Both the position numbers and the translations under genes were made by a program. A DNA stretch of 64,000 nt. Origin: an uncultured bacterium. Its GTDB lineage: Bacteria; Krumholzibacteriota; Krumholzibacteriia; LZORAL124-64-63. Below the pieces are notes generated by a model. It searched no databases. It saw nothing but the letters and a program-made list of their open reading frames with translations, and had not been told where the DNA came from. The DNA is taken from assembly GCA_963732385.1 (NCBI GenBank), contig CAVSZB010000008.1, positions 224,001-288,000 of the forward strand. The letters are read 5' to 3'. Position 1 is the first letter of the stretch. Every line of letters begins with the position of its first letter. Positions 1-10,354 of the stretch are shown piece by piece.

Positions 1-1257
1 GACGCCGGCGCGGGCGGCCGTCGTCAGACCGGCCACGATGCTCACCGGCGTGGCGATGACGAGGGCGCAGGGGCAGGCGATCACCAGCAGCACCAGGGCC
101 TGGTAGAACCAGTGGTTCCAGGCGCCGTGGCCGAGCAGCGGCGGCAGCACCGCCACGGCCAGCGCCAGCCCCATCATCGCCGGCGTGTAGACGCGGGCGA
201 ACTTTTCCACCCACAGTTCGCTCGACGCGCGGCGTGCCTGCGCCTGCTCGACCAGGCGGATGATGCGCGCCAGCGTCGTGTCGGCGGCCGCCTTCGTCAC
301 GCGCAGCTCGAGCGCGCCGTCGCCGTTGATGGCGCCGGCGAAGACCTCGTCACCGGGCCGCTTCGTGACCGGGATCGACTCGCCGGTGAGCGGCGCCTCG
401 TTCACCGCGCTCTCGCCGCGGGTGACGACGCCGTCGAGCGGGATCCGCTCGTGCGGGCGCACCAGCGCGGTCACGCCGAGCGGGATCTCGGCGACCGGCA
501 ACTCGATCAGATCGCCGTCGTGCGGGCAGAGGTAGCGGCCGGTGCGCGGCGTGAGCGCCACCAGGGCGGCGATGGCGCGGCGGGCGCGCCCCACGCTCCA
601 GCTCTCCAGCAGCAGCGCGAACGCGAACAGGAAGGTGACGCTGGCCGCCTCGAGCCAGTCGCCGATGGCGAGGGCGCCGAACACGGCGATCGTCATCAGC
701 AGGTTCATGTCGGGACGCAGGCGTCGGGCGGCCCGCCAGGCGCGCGGCGCGACGAAGCTGCCGCCTGCCACGATCGCCGCCAGGTAGAGCAGGCGGGAGA
801 CGAGCGGCAGGGCGGCGCCGGCCGGCTCCGCCCCCGCCAGCGCGTGGCGCAGGCCGTGCGCGGCGGCGTGCGCCGTGAAACCGGCCGCGATGAGGGCCGC
901 CGCGCCGACGCAGGCCACGATCCGCCCGCGGCGCAACCAGAAGCCCTCCTCGACCGGGCAGACCCCCGGGGCGCAAGGGTCGACCCAGGGGATGGCCTCC
1001 AGACCGGCCCGCGCCACGCCGCTTCGGACCGCCGCGGCGAATGCCCCGGCGTCAGCCAGGGCGGCGGCGGGTGGCGGCAGGACGGTCAGTTTGCCTGCCA
1101 GCAGGTCGAAAGCGAGGCCGGCTTCGCCGCAGAGGGGGACCAGTTCACGCTTGAGCAGCGCGACCTCCTCGGCGCAGTCCAGGCCGCGGATGCGGAAAAC
1201 CAGCGCTGGCGGTTGCAGTAGCGGCACGGGCCCCTCCGGTGACAGTCCTTCAGGCAT
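1..1257 (-). CDS. Heavy-metal-translocating P1B-type ATPase (ZntA/CadA-like), N-terminal part; runs off window start
   Basis: Not in the ORF track because it is open at the edge. Manual translation from ATG 1257 gives MPEGLSPEGPVPLLQPPALVFRIRGLDCAEEVALLKRE (HMA-like), MNLLMTIAV, TGES actuator motif and ALVLLVIACPCALVIATPVSIVAG (CPC motif). Confidence 0.93.
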   Translation of the reverse strand, partial: MPEGLSPEGPVPLLQPPALVFRIRGLDCAEEVALLKRELVPLCGEAGLAFDLLAGKLTVLPPPAAALADAGAFAAAVRSGVARAGLEAIPWVDPCAPGVCPVEEGFWLRRGRIVACVGAAALIAAGFTAHAAAHGLRHALAGAEPAGAALPLVSRLLYLAAIVAGGSFVAPRAWRAARRLRPDMNLLMTIAVFGALAIGDWLEAASVTFLFAFALLLESWSVGRARRAIAALVALTPRTGRYLCPHDGDLIELPVAEIPLGVTALVRPHERIPLDGVVTRGESAVNEAPLTGESIPVTKRPGDEVFAGAINGDGALELRVTKAAADTTLARIIRLVEQAQARRASSELWVEKFARVYTPAMMGLALAVAVLPPLLGHGAWNHWFYQALVLLVIACPCALVIATPVSIVAGLTTAARAGV

Positions 1258-1334
1258 GGTACCGGGGGGGATCGGTGCCGGCAAGCGGGGGCCTGGCGGC
1301 GCTGCCGGTCTGGCCGGGAGGGGTCGGCAGGGAG

Positions 1335-1340
1335 TATAAT
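1335..1340 (+). promoter_or_regulatory. Putative sigma70 -10 box for the carboxypeptidase gene
   Basis: Perfect TATAAT in a GC-rich divergent intergenic region, about 70 bp upstream of the RBS-preceded ATG; no clear -35. Confidence 0.45.
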
Positions 1341-1408
1341 GGATGGGCAGTAATCGGCCGGCGTTCGTGGCTGGCTCCGGTCTGGTGACGACGAAAGGAC
1401 TCCCCCCG

Positions 1409-3991
1409 ATGTGGCACGGCCACCCGGTCGCGGCGCGGCGCGCCGCCGCCCCGCTCGTCTGCCTGCTCCTGCTCCCCTCGCTGGCTCTGGCGGCGGCGGT
1501 CGCCCCTCTGGACGCGGCGGGCCGACCGCAGTGGGTGGCGCGGGTCTGGAACGACTTCCCGGTGCGCATCGAACTGCCGGACCAGGCGGCGCTGGCTGTC
1601 CTGCTGGCGCGGGTTCCGGTGGCGTCGTTCGATCGCGAACAGGTGGCGCTCGTGGCTGCCGGGCCGAAGTCGCGCCGCGTGGTGTGGCAGCCGCGGGTGA
1701 CGGAGGCGGAGGCGTCGGCGCTGACGGCCGCCGGAGTCCCCTTTACGCGGCTGCGCGACCTCGACCGCGAGGGGCGCGAGGCGGCCGAGACGGCGTGGGT
1801 GGCGCAGGCCGCGGGGATCGCGCCGCAGCCGCTCGCCGGCGAGAAGGGGATCTACCACACGCAGGTCCAGATCGGGCAGATCCTGCAGCAGGCGCAGCTC
1901 GACCATCCGGCCATCGCCGCCTGCTACAGCCTGGGCAACTCCATCCAGGGCCGGCCGCTCCAGGCGATCGTGATCTCCGACCAGGTCGGCGTGGAGGAGG
2001 CCGAGCCGGAGGTGCGGCTCGCCGCGACGATCCACGGCGACGAGCCGGTGCAGATGGAGAACCTGGTCACGCTCGTGGAGTACCTGACCAACAACTACGG
2101 CGTCGATCCGGTCGTGACCGATCTGGTCGACCACACCGAGATCCACATCGTGCCGTGCCTCAACCCCGACGGCAACGTGGCCGGCTCGCGCTATAACGCG
2201 AACGGCCAGGACCTCAACCGCAATTTTCCGGTGCCCGACGGCTCGCCCGGCGACGACGGCAGCTACGTCGAGGAGCTCGAAACGGTTCTCGTGAAGAATC
2301 ACGGCGCCGCGCATCACTTCGTCCTCAGCGAGGTGGGGCACGGCGGCGCGCTCGTGGCCAACTATCTGTGGGACTATACCTACACGCGGACGTCCGACGA
2401 CGCGGGGCTCCAGAAGACGGCGCTCGAGTACAGCCAGTACAACCTGCCGATGTACGAGAGCAGCTCGTTTCCGCTCGGCATCACCAACGGCGCCGAATGG
2501 TACGTCGTGCACGGGAGTCTGCAGGACTGGGCGTACCAGGCGACCGGCTGCTGGGATTTCACGCTCGAAGTGAGCGACGTCAAGACCCCGGCGGCCAGCC
2601 AGCTCGACGGGTTCTGGAACGACAACCGCGAGAGCCTGCTCCATTTCATCAAGGCGGCGCGCTACGGCGTGCACGGGCTGGTCACCGCGGCCGGCACCGG
2701 GCTGCCGCTGCCGGCCACGGTCACCGTGACCGGGATCAGCAAGCCGGTCGTGGCCGATCCCGATTTCGGCGACTATTACAAGCTGCTGCCGACCGGCGTC
2801 TACGAACTGACCTTCGCGGCTCCCGGCTGCACGCCCCGCACCTTCAGCGGCGTCGGCACGACCTGGGGGACGGAGACGGTGCTGAACGTGCAGCTGAGCC
2901 CGATCGCGTGGGGGGACGTGTCGGGCACGGTGTGCAATGCGGCGCTGGAGGGGCTGGCCGCCACGCTCACCGTCACGACCTGGCCGCTCGGCGGGCCGGT
3001 GACGATCCTGGCGGGCGACGCCGGCGCGGGGGGCGCCTACACGGCGCATCTGGCTTACGGCGAGTACACCTTCAGCGTGGCCGCCGCGGGGTACGCCGCG
3101 GTCACGCGACGCGTCACCCTGGATGCCGCCGCGCGCACGGAAAACTTCACCCTGCTGCCGGTGGAGGAGTCCGATCTCGTGGCCGATGATTTCGAGGGCG
3201 GCACGGGCGCCTGGACCGGCGGCACCTGGGGTCTCTCCACGGTGCAGGCGTACAGCCCGACGCATTCGCTGGCCGACAGTCCGCTGGGCAGTTACACGAA
3301 CAACGCGACGAACATCGTGACGCTCGCGCCGGTGGACCTGGCCGGGGTCACCGCGGGCACCGTCAGCTTCCGGGCGCGCTGGGACATCGAAGCGGACTGG
3401 GACGCGGTCTTCTTCGAGGCGTCGACCGACGGCGGCACGGTCTGGACGCCGCTGGCGACGGCCTGGACGCAGCCGGCCGCCGGCCAGGGGGGGCAGATCC
3501 CGGCCGGGGCGCCGCTGTTCGAGGGGACCCAGGCCGCCTGGGCGCAGAACAGCGTGGATCTGGCGCCGTGGCTCGGCCTGGCGGACGTGCGTTTCCGCTT
3601 CCGGCTGCGCAGCGACACGTCCCAGGTGTACGACGGCTTCTATTGCGACGACTTCGTCATTCACGTGGCGCGGCCGGCGGTGACCGGCGCGGGGGAGACA
3701 CCGCCCGCGGTGGCGCGGCTGGAATTGAGCGCGGCGCCGAATCCGTTCAATCCGCGCACCGAACTCCGCTTCACGGTAGCGACGCCGGGCCCGGTGTCGC
3801 TTGCGCTGTTCGATCCCCGGGGCCGGTGCGTGCGGACTCTGCTCGCCGGCGCCGAGTTGCCGGCCGGCCCCCATGCCGTGCGCTGGGACGGCGCCGATGC
3901 GCGGGGCGCGCGCCTGCCGAGCGGCGTGTACTTCGCGCGGATCGCCGCCGCCGGCGCTGCCCGCACCGTGAAGGTGGCGCTGGTGCAGTAG
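1409..3991 (+). CDS. Secreted M14 zinc carboxypeptidase with carboxypeptidase-regulatory-like domains, a jelly-roll-like domain and a C-terminal FlgD-Ig (PNPFNP) domain
   Basis: AAAGGA RBS before ATG 1409 and a signal peptide. Motifs HGDE, NPDG, RYNANGQDLNRNF, GHGGA and catalytic TLEVS; C-terminus AAPNPFNPRT...WDGADARG...SGVYFARI. Confidence 0.88.
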   Translation: MWHGHPVAARRAAAPLVCLLLLPSLALAAAVAPLDAAGRPQWVARVWNDFPVRIELPDQAALAVLLARVPVASFDREQVALVAAGPKSRRVVWQPRVTEAEASALTAAGVPFTRLRDLDREGREAAETAWVAQAAGIAPQPLAGEKGIYHTQVQIGQILQQAQLDHPAIAACYSLGNSIQGRPLQAIVISDQVGVEEAEPEVRLAATIHGDEPVQMENLVTLVEYLTNNYGVDPVVTDLVDHTEIHIVPCLNPDGNVAGSRYNANGQDLNRNFPVPDGSPGDDGSYVEELETVLVKNHGAAHHFVLSEVGHGGALVANYLWDYTYTRTSDDAGLQKTALEYSQYNLPMYESSSFPLGITNGAEWYVVHGSLQDWAYQATGCWDFTLEVSDVKTPAASQLDGFWNDNRESLLHFIKAARYGVHGLVTAAGTGLPLPATVTVTGISKPVVADPDFGDYYKLLPTGVYELTFAAPGCTPRTFSGVGTTWGTETVLNVQLSPIAWGDVSGTVCNAALEGLAATLTVTTWPLGGPVTILAGDAGAGGAYTAHLAYGEYTFSVAAAGYAAVTRRVTLDAAARTENFTLLPVEESDLVADDFEGGTGAWTGGTWGLSTVQAYSPTHSLADSPLGSYTNNATNIVTLAPVDLAGVTAGTVSFRARWDIEADWDAVFFEASTDGGTVWTPLATAWTQPAAGQGGQIPAGAPLFEGTQAAWAQNSVDLAPWLGLADVRFRFRLRSDTSQVYDGFYCDDFVIHVARPAVTGAGETPPAVARLELSAAPNPFNPRTELRFTVATPGPVSLALFDPRGRCVRTLLAGAELPAGPHAVRWDGADARGARLPSGVYFARIAAAGAARTVKVALVQ

Positions 3992-4036
3992 GATCGCGAG
4001 GGGCCGGCGCGGCGGCGAGGCAGCCGCGCCGGCCGA

Positions 4037-5830
4037 TCACACCACGTAGCCGCCCGCCTCGAGCACGCGCGCCGCGATGGCGTCGTGCAGCTTCGCGCGG
4101 TCGACCGGATCATGCTTCGTGAGACGGCGCAGGCCGGCCAGCGCCGTGCGCAATTCGTCCCCCTCCGACGTCATGGCGAGGACCTGTTTGCCCCAGATCG
4201 CGACGCGGTCGATGGCGTCGTGCGCGTAGAGGGTGAGCAGGTCGGCCATGCCGGCGGCCGCCGGTTCGCCGTCACGGGCGGCGCGCTTGCGAACGCGCAG
4301 CAGCGCGCTCTCGCAGGCGTAGGCCTCCATGATCATGTCGGCGGTGTCGGAGAGGATCTCCTGGTGGTCCTTGAGGGTGTCGCCGTGCTTCTGCGCGGCG
4401 AGGCCGAGGGCGGCGAGGATCGTCTTCTTCATCGCCGTGACGAGGGCCGCCTCCGCGTCGAGGAACTGCGGTGGAGCCGGCTCCGCGAACGACGGCAGCG
4501 ACATGAGTTCGTCGCCGACCCGTTTCGCGGCGGCGAACAGCGGCAACTCGCCCTTGAGGGCCTTGCGCAGGATCATGCCGGGGGCGAGCATCCGGTTGAT
4601 CTCGTTGGTCCCCTCGAAGATGCGGTTCACCCGCTCGTCGCGGTAGATGCGCTCGAGCGGGTAGTCGGCGCTGTAACCGTATCCGCCGAGCATCTGCACC
4701 CCCTCTTCGGCGGCGAGGGCGGCAGATTCCGTGGCGAACACCTTGATCAGCGAGCACTCCACGCTCAACTCGCCGATGGCGGCGATGGTGCGGCGATGGT
4801 AGTCGGGGGCGGCGCGGTCGAGCGCGACCACGGCGGCGTCCATCAGGCCGGCAGTGCGGTAGACCATCGACTCGGCCGCGAAGGTGCGCGCGGCGATGTC
4901 GGCCAGCTTGCGGCGGATCAGCGGGAATTCCGCCAGCGCGCGTCCGAACTGCCGTCTCTCCCTGACGTACGGCACCACGTGCTCCAGGACGACCTTGCAG
5001 CCGCCGACCGTGCCGGCGCCGAGCTTGAAGCGCCCCACGTTGAGGATCTCGAAGGCGATGACGTGGCCCCTGCCGATCTCGCCGAGCACGTTGGTTGCCG
5101 GCACGCGGACGTCCTCGAGGATGACCTGGCAGGTGGACGAGCCCTTGATGCCCATCTTGCGCTCCTCGGGACCGATGGAGAGCCCCGGCGTGTCGCGCTC
5201 GACGATGAAGGCGGTGAATTTGTCGCCGTCGATCTTGGCGAAGACGATGAACAGGTCGGCGAAGCCGGCGTTGGAGATGTACTGCTTGGTGCCGTTGAGC
5301 AGGTAGGCGGCGCCGTCGGCGGTCGGCGTGGCGGTGGTGCGGGCGGCGAGGGCGTCACTGCCGGAGCCGGGCTCGGTGAGGGCGTAGGCGCCGATCAGTT
5401 CGGCGTTGCCCAGGCGCGGCAGGTACTGCGCGCGCTGCGCCGGGGTGCCGAAATGGACGATCGGCAGCGTGCCGATGCCGGAGTGCGCGCCGTGCGTGAC
5501 CGTGAAGCTGCCTGACCAGGCCAGCACCTCGCTGACCAGCATGACGGTGGCCTTGTCGGCGCCCATGCCGCCGTGCTCCTCGGGGATGTCGATCAGGAGG
5601 ATGCCGGCGGCGGCGGCTTCCTGCATCATCCGGCGGCCGAGGCCGGTCTGCGCTCCGTGCTCGAATTCCTCGTAGTGCGGCAGCACCGAGCGGTCGATGA
5701 AGGCGCGGACCGTGGCGGCGATGGCGCGTTGTTCGTCGGAGAAGTCCTCGGGCGTGAAGATGTCGGCGGGGGAGACATCCTCGAGGAGGAACTGGCCGCC
5801 GGTGTAGGAAGACGAAGACTCGGTAGGCAT
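4037..5830 (-). CDS. fadE: Acyl-CoA dehydrogenase (Bacillus FadE-like, about 597 aa)
   Basis: AYALTEPGSGSDA, LNGTKQYISN, KMGIKGSST, RRQFG, GGYGY, RIFEGTNEINR; last gene of the fadN-fadA operon. Confidence 0.9.
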   Translation of the reverse strand: MPTESSSSYTGGQFLLEDVSPADIFTPEDFSDEQRAIAATVRAFIDRSVLPHYEEFEHGAQTGLGRRMMQEAAAAGILLIDIPEEHGGMGADKATVMLVSEVLAWSGSFTVTHGAHSGIGTLPIVHFGTPAQRAQYLPRLGNAELIGAYALTEPGSGSDALAARTTATPTADGAAYLLNGTKQYISNAGFADLFIVFAKIDGDKFTAFIVERDTPGLSIGPEERKMGIKGSSTCQVILEDVRVPATNVLGEIGRGHVIAFEILNVGRFKLGAGTVGGCKVVLEHVVPYVRERRQFGRALAEFPLIRRKLADIAARTFAAESMVYRTAGLMDAAVVALDRAAPDYHRRTIAAIGELSVECSLIKVFATESAALAAEEGVQMLGGYGYSADYPLERIYRDERVNRIFEGTNEINRMLAPGMILRKALKGELPLFAAAKRVGDELMSLPSFAEPAPPQFLDAEAALVTAMKKTILAALGLAAQKHGDTLKDHQEILSDTADMIMEAYACESALLRVRKRAARDGEPAAAGMADLLTLYAHDAIDRVAIWGKQVLAMTSEGDELRTALAGLRRLTKHDPVDRAKLHDAIAARVLEAGGYVV

Positions 5831-5868
5831 GTCGGGCGCTCCGCTGTTGAGCGCGCTCTCGCGCGCGG

Positions 5869-7053
<1,185 letters not shown>

Positions 7054-7072
7054 GATTCCCTCTCCTGCCGGC

Positions 7073-9466
7073 CTAGTTGCGCAGCGGTTTGCCGGTCTTG
7101 AGCAGCGACTGGATCCGCTCGAGGGTCTTGCGTTCGCCCAGCAGGCGCAGGAACGCCTCGCGTTCGAGATCGAGCAGGTGCCGCGCCGAGATCGTGGTCG
7201 GCCCCGGCATGTCGCCGCCCGCCAGCACCCGCGCCAGCTCGCGTCCGACCTTGCGGTCGTGCGCCGAAGCGCGGCCCGCCGCCTCGAGGTTGTAGAGCAC
7301 GGTTTCGATGAGCGCCACGCCGGCGCGCCCCATGACCGGCACCGGGGCGGCGGCCGGCGGGGCGTAGCCGGCGTTCGCCAGGGCGAGCGCCCGCTCCTTC
7401 GCCGCCGCGATCCGCTGCGCGCCGTCCATCGACCAGCCGTCCTGCGGGCGCAAGAAGCCGAGCTGGCGCGCCTCCTCGGCGCTGGTGGCGACCCGGGCCA
7501 GGCCGATCGTTTCGAAGGTGCGGCGCAGCGCGGGATACAGGTCGCCCGGGTCGGGCAGCAGCGCCACGTGGCGGCGGTAGAGGCGCAGGCAGCCGCCGCC
7601 GGCCGGCACGACCCCCGCGCCGAACTCCACCAGCCCGATGTACGTTTCGGCGGCGGCGTGGACCGCGTCGCCGGCCAGGGTGAACTCGCAGCCGCCCCCG
7701 AGGGCGAGCCCGTGCGGGGCGACGACCACCGGCACCGCGCACTGCTCCAACCGGTCGGTCGCGCGCTGGAACAGGCGCACGATGCCGTCGAGGTCGGACC
7801 AGTTGCCCTCGATCGCCTCCTGCAGCAGCAGCGCCAGGTTGGCGCCGGCGCTGAAATTGTCCCCCTGGTTCGCCACGACCAGCGCGCGCCAGTTGCGCTC
7901 CGCCTCGTCGCACGCCGCCAGCGTCATGGAGAGGGTGTCCTGCCCGATGACGTTCATCTTGGCGTGGAATTCGAGCGCGAGGACCCCGTCGCCCAGGTCG
8001 ATCAGGCTGGCGCCGGGATTGCGACGCACCTCGCGGCCGCCGCCGCGCAGGCGCGCAAAGTCGAAGACGCGCGGGTCGCTCCAGACCGGGGCGCGGAGGC
8101 CGGCCGTCGCCGTGGGGCCGTGCCGGACGCCGTCGACCTCGGTGTAGAGGCTCTGAGCGCCGTCGGCAAGCAGGGCGTCGACCCAGGCCGGCAGCGGCAG
8201 GTTGTCGGCGCGCAGCCGCTCCGCCGTGGGACGGAAGCCGAGGGCGTCCCAGGTCTCGAACGGGCCGAGCTCCCAGTTGAAGCCCCAGCGGATGGCGCGG
8301 TCGATGGCGTCGGCGTCGTCGGCGATCTCGCCCAAGCGCATCGCGGCGTAGGAGAGCGAGGGGGCGAGCAGCCGCCAGGCCGCCTGTGCCGCCCGGCCCC
8401 GTCCCGACACCAGGGATTGGACGCGGGCGCCCGGGTCGGCGATCGCCTTGCCCGCCTCGACCTCGGCGAACTGCGCCGATTTCTTCGGGCGGTAGGCGAG
8501 CGTGTCGAGGTCGAGGGTGAGGATCTCGTCGCTCCCCTTCTCCTTCCTGTAGAAGCCGCCGCCTGTCTTGCGGCCCAGCAGGCCGGCCGCGACCATGCGG
8601 CGCAGGAAGTCGGGCGGGGCGAAGAGGTCACGGCATTCGTCGTCGGGGGCGGTGGCCTGCACGTTTTCCGCCACGTGCAGCAGCGTGTCGAGCCCCACCA
8701 GGTCGGCCAGGCGGAAGGTGGCGGTGCGGGGGCGCGCCAGGGCGGGGCCGGTGAGCGCGTCGACCTCCTCGATCGTCAGGCCGAGCTCCGTCATGACCCG
8801 CACGGTGGCCATCATCGCGTGCACGCCGACGCGGTTGGCGATGAAGTTCGGCGTGTCCCTGGCCGGGACTATCCCCTTGCCGAGGCGAAGCGCCCCGAAC
8901 TCGGCCACCGCGGCGAGGACGGCGGGATCGGTGTCTACGGTCGGGATCACCTCGAGCAGGCGCATGTAGCGGGGGGGATTGAAGAAATGCGTGCCGAGGA
9001 AGCGGGGGCGCAGCGGCGCCGGCAGCGTGGCCGCCATGGCCGCGAGCGAGAGGCCGGAGGTGTTGCTCGACAGCACGGCGTCGGGGCGCAAAAACGGCGC
9101 GGCCGCGGCGAGGACCCGGGTCTTGATGCCGAGGTCCTCCTTCACCACCTCGATCACCCAGTCCGCCTCGCGCAGGCGCGGCAGGTCGTCTTCGAGGTTG
9201 CCGGTCGTGATCAGCGCCAGGCGCTCCTCGCTGAACAGCGGCGCCGGCTTCTGCTTCAACAGCGCCCGCACCGCGTCGACGGTCAGGCGGTCGCGCACCC
9301 GGCGATCCGTGAGGCCGAGTCCGAGCGCCTGCTCGGCGGGGGTGAGCTCGCGGGGGACGATATCGAGAACCAGCGACGGCACGCCGGCGTTGGCGAAATG
9401 CGCGGCGATGGCGCCGCCCATCACGCCGCCGCCGAGCACGGCGATCCTGCGCACGGGCCAGGTCAT
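7073..9466 (-). CDS. fadN: 3-hydroxyacyl-CoA dehydrogenase/enoyl-CoA hydratase (FadN-type, dehydrogenase N-terminal)
   Basis: GGGVMG Rossmann motif, SSNTSG, GTHFFNPPRYM, FIANR; C-terminal crotonase FSAGANL, LGGGCE; ends KTGKPLRN. Confidence 0.92.
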   Translation of the reverse strand: MTWPVRRIAVLGGGVMGGAIAAHFANAGVPSLVLDIVPRELTPAEQALGLGLTDRRVRDRLTVDAVRALLKQKPAPLFSEERLALITTGNLEDDLPRLREADWVIEVVKEDLGIKTRVLAAAAPFLRPDAVLSSNTSGLSLAAMAATLPAPLRPRFLGTHFFNPPRYMRLLEVIPTVDTDPAVLAAVAEFGALRLGKGIVPARDTPNFIANRVGVHAMMATVRVMTELGLTIEEVDALTGPALARPRTATFRLADLVGLDTLLHVAENVQATAPDDECRDLFAPPDFLRRMVAAGLLGRKTGGGFYRKEKGSDEILTLDLDTLAYRPKKSAQFAEVEAGKAIADPGARVQSLVSGRGRAAQAAWRLLAPSLSYAAMRLGEIADDADAIDRAIRWGFNWELGPFETWDALGFRPTAERLRADNLPLPAWVDALLADGAQSLYTEVDGVRHGPTATAGLRAPVWSDPRVFDFARLRGGGREVRRNPGASLIDLGDGVLALEFHAKMNVIGQDTLSMTLAACDEAERNWRALVVANQGDNFSAGANLALLLQEAIEGNWSDLDGIVRLFQRATDRLEQCAVPVVVAPHGLALGGGCEFTLAGDAVHAAAETYIGLVEFGAGVVPAGGGCLRLYRRHVALLPDPGDLYPALRRTFETIGLARVATSAEEARQLGFLRPQDGWSMDGAQRIAAAKERALALANAGYAPPAAAPVPVMGRAGVALIETVLYNLEAAGRASAHDRKVGRELARVLAGGDMPGPTTISARHLLDLEREAFLRLLGERKTLERIQSLLKTGKPLRN

Positions 9467-9532
9467 GGAAACTCCCCGGGGCGCCGCGGGCGCCCGCCGT
9501 CAGGGGTGCGTGACCGGAAGCGCGCTCCCGGA

Positions 9533-9546
9533 TGAATAAGCGTTCA
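9533..9546. promoter_or_regulatory. Putative FadR (TetR) operator 1
   Basis: Inverted repeat TGAATAAGCGTTCA immediately downstream of the minus-strand -10 box of the fadN promoter; matches operator 2. Confidence 0.7.
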
Positions 9547-9548
9547 CC

Positions 9549-9577
9549 ATGTTAGTGATGACCGGGCACGGTGTCAA
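9549..9577 (-). promoter_or_regulatory. Sigma70 promoter of fadN-fadA-fadE
   Basis: Minus strand TTGACA (9577-9572), 17-bp spacer, TAACAT (9554-9549). Confidence 0.75.
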
Positions 9578-9607
9578 TCGGCAAACGGCCGGCCCAGGAT
9601 TGCCTAG

Positions 9608-9636
9608 TTGCAATCAGGACAATGTATTGGTACTAT
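9608..9636 (+). promoter_or_regulatory. Sigma70 promoter of fadR
   Basis: TTGCAA (9608-9613), 17-bp spacer containing TG at the extended -10 position, TACTAT (9631-9636). Confidence 0.65.
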
Positions 9637-9685
9637 CGTAATTGCGGCGTACATCCAGCCGGCCGCCCGCCATGGCGGACAGTTG

Positions 9686-9699
9686 TGAATGACCATTCA
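9686..9699. promoter_or_regulatory. Putative FadR (TetR) operator 2 (autoregulation)
   Basis: Near-perfect palindrome TGAATG-AC-CATTCA abutting the GGAG RBS of the TetR gene; half-site resembles the Bacillus FadR box. Confidence 0.75.
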
Positions 9700-9708
9700 T
9701 GGAGTCAC

Positions 9709-10296
9709 ATGTCCCGACCTCGCCCCGACGACAAGCGGGCGCGCATCCTCGACGCCGCGGTCGTCGAAATCGCGCGCCACGGCTACTACCACACCACGGT
9801 GGCGATGATCGCGACGCGCGCCGGCGTGGCCGACGGCACCATCTACCTCTATTTCCACGGCAAGGAGGAGATTCTCGTCGGCCTGTTCGAGCGCGCCATG
9901 GCGAGTTTCATCGCCGAGGGACGCCAGCTGCCGTCGGCGGGGAACCCCGCGCAGCGGATGCGCGAGCTGATCACCCTGCACCTGAACCTGCTCGGGCGCG
10001 ACCCCGATCTGGCGATCGTCTTCCAGGTGGAGCTGCGGCACAGCCTGCACTTTCTCGACCTGTTCTCGCGCAGCCGCCTGCGCGAGTACCTCGAAGCGAT
10101 CGCCGGCATCATCGCGCAGGGGCAGCGCGAGGGGACGTTCCGCCCCGACCTCGATCCGCTGTTCACGGCGAAAGCGATCTTCGGCATCCTCGACGAGATG
10201 GCCACCGACTGGGTGCTTGCGAAGCGCAACACGCGCCTGGCGGCGCGGGCGGACGAGATTGGCGATCTGGTCCTGCGGGGGATGGGCGCCGGCTGA
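9709..10296 (+). CDS. fadR: TetR-family fatty-acid degradation repressor (FadR/YsiA-like)
   Basis: GGAG RBS; HTH GYYHTTVAMIATRAGVADGTIYLYFHGKEEIL; IVFQVELRHS and IFGILDEMATDW typical of YsiA; divergent from fadN. Confidence 0.88.
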   Translation: MSRPRPDDKRARILDAAVVEIARHGYYHTTVAMIATRAGVADGTIYLYFHGKEEILVGLFERAMASFIAEGRQLPSAGNPAQRMRELITLHLNLLGRDPDLAIVFQVELRHSLHFLDLFSRSRLREYLEAIAGIIAQGQREGTFRPDLDPLFTAKAIFGILDEMATDWVLAKRNTRLAARADEIGDLVLRGMGAG

Positions 10297-10354
10297 GCCG
10301 GCGTGGCCGGGGGCGGACCCGTGGGATGGCCGCCCCCGGCGCCGGCGGGCGCAG

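Noticed and set aside
1250..3874. Very long antisense or alternate-frame ORFs (also 6713-9535, 34573-37959, 39464-42943, 54767-56971)
   Set aside because: Arg/Ala/Pro/Gly-rich shadow frames overlapping well-supported genes; expected from stop-codon scarcity at this GC content.
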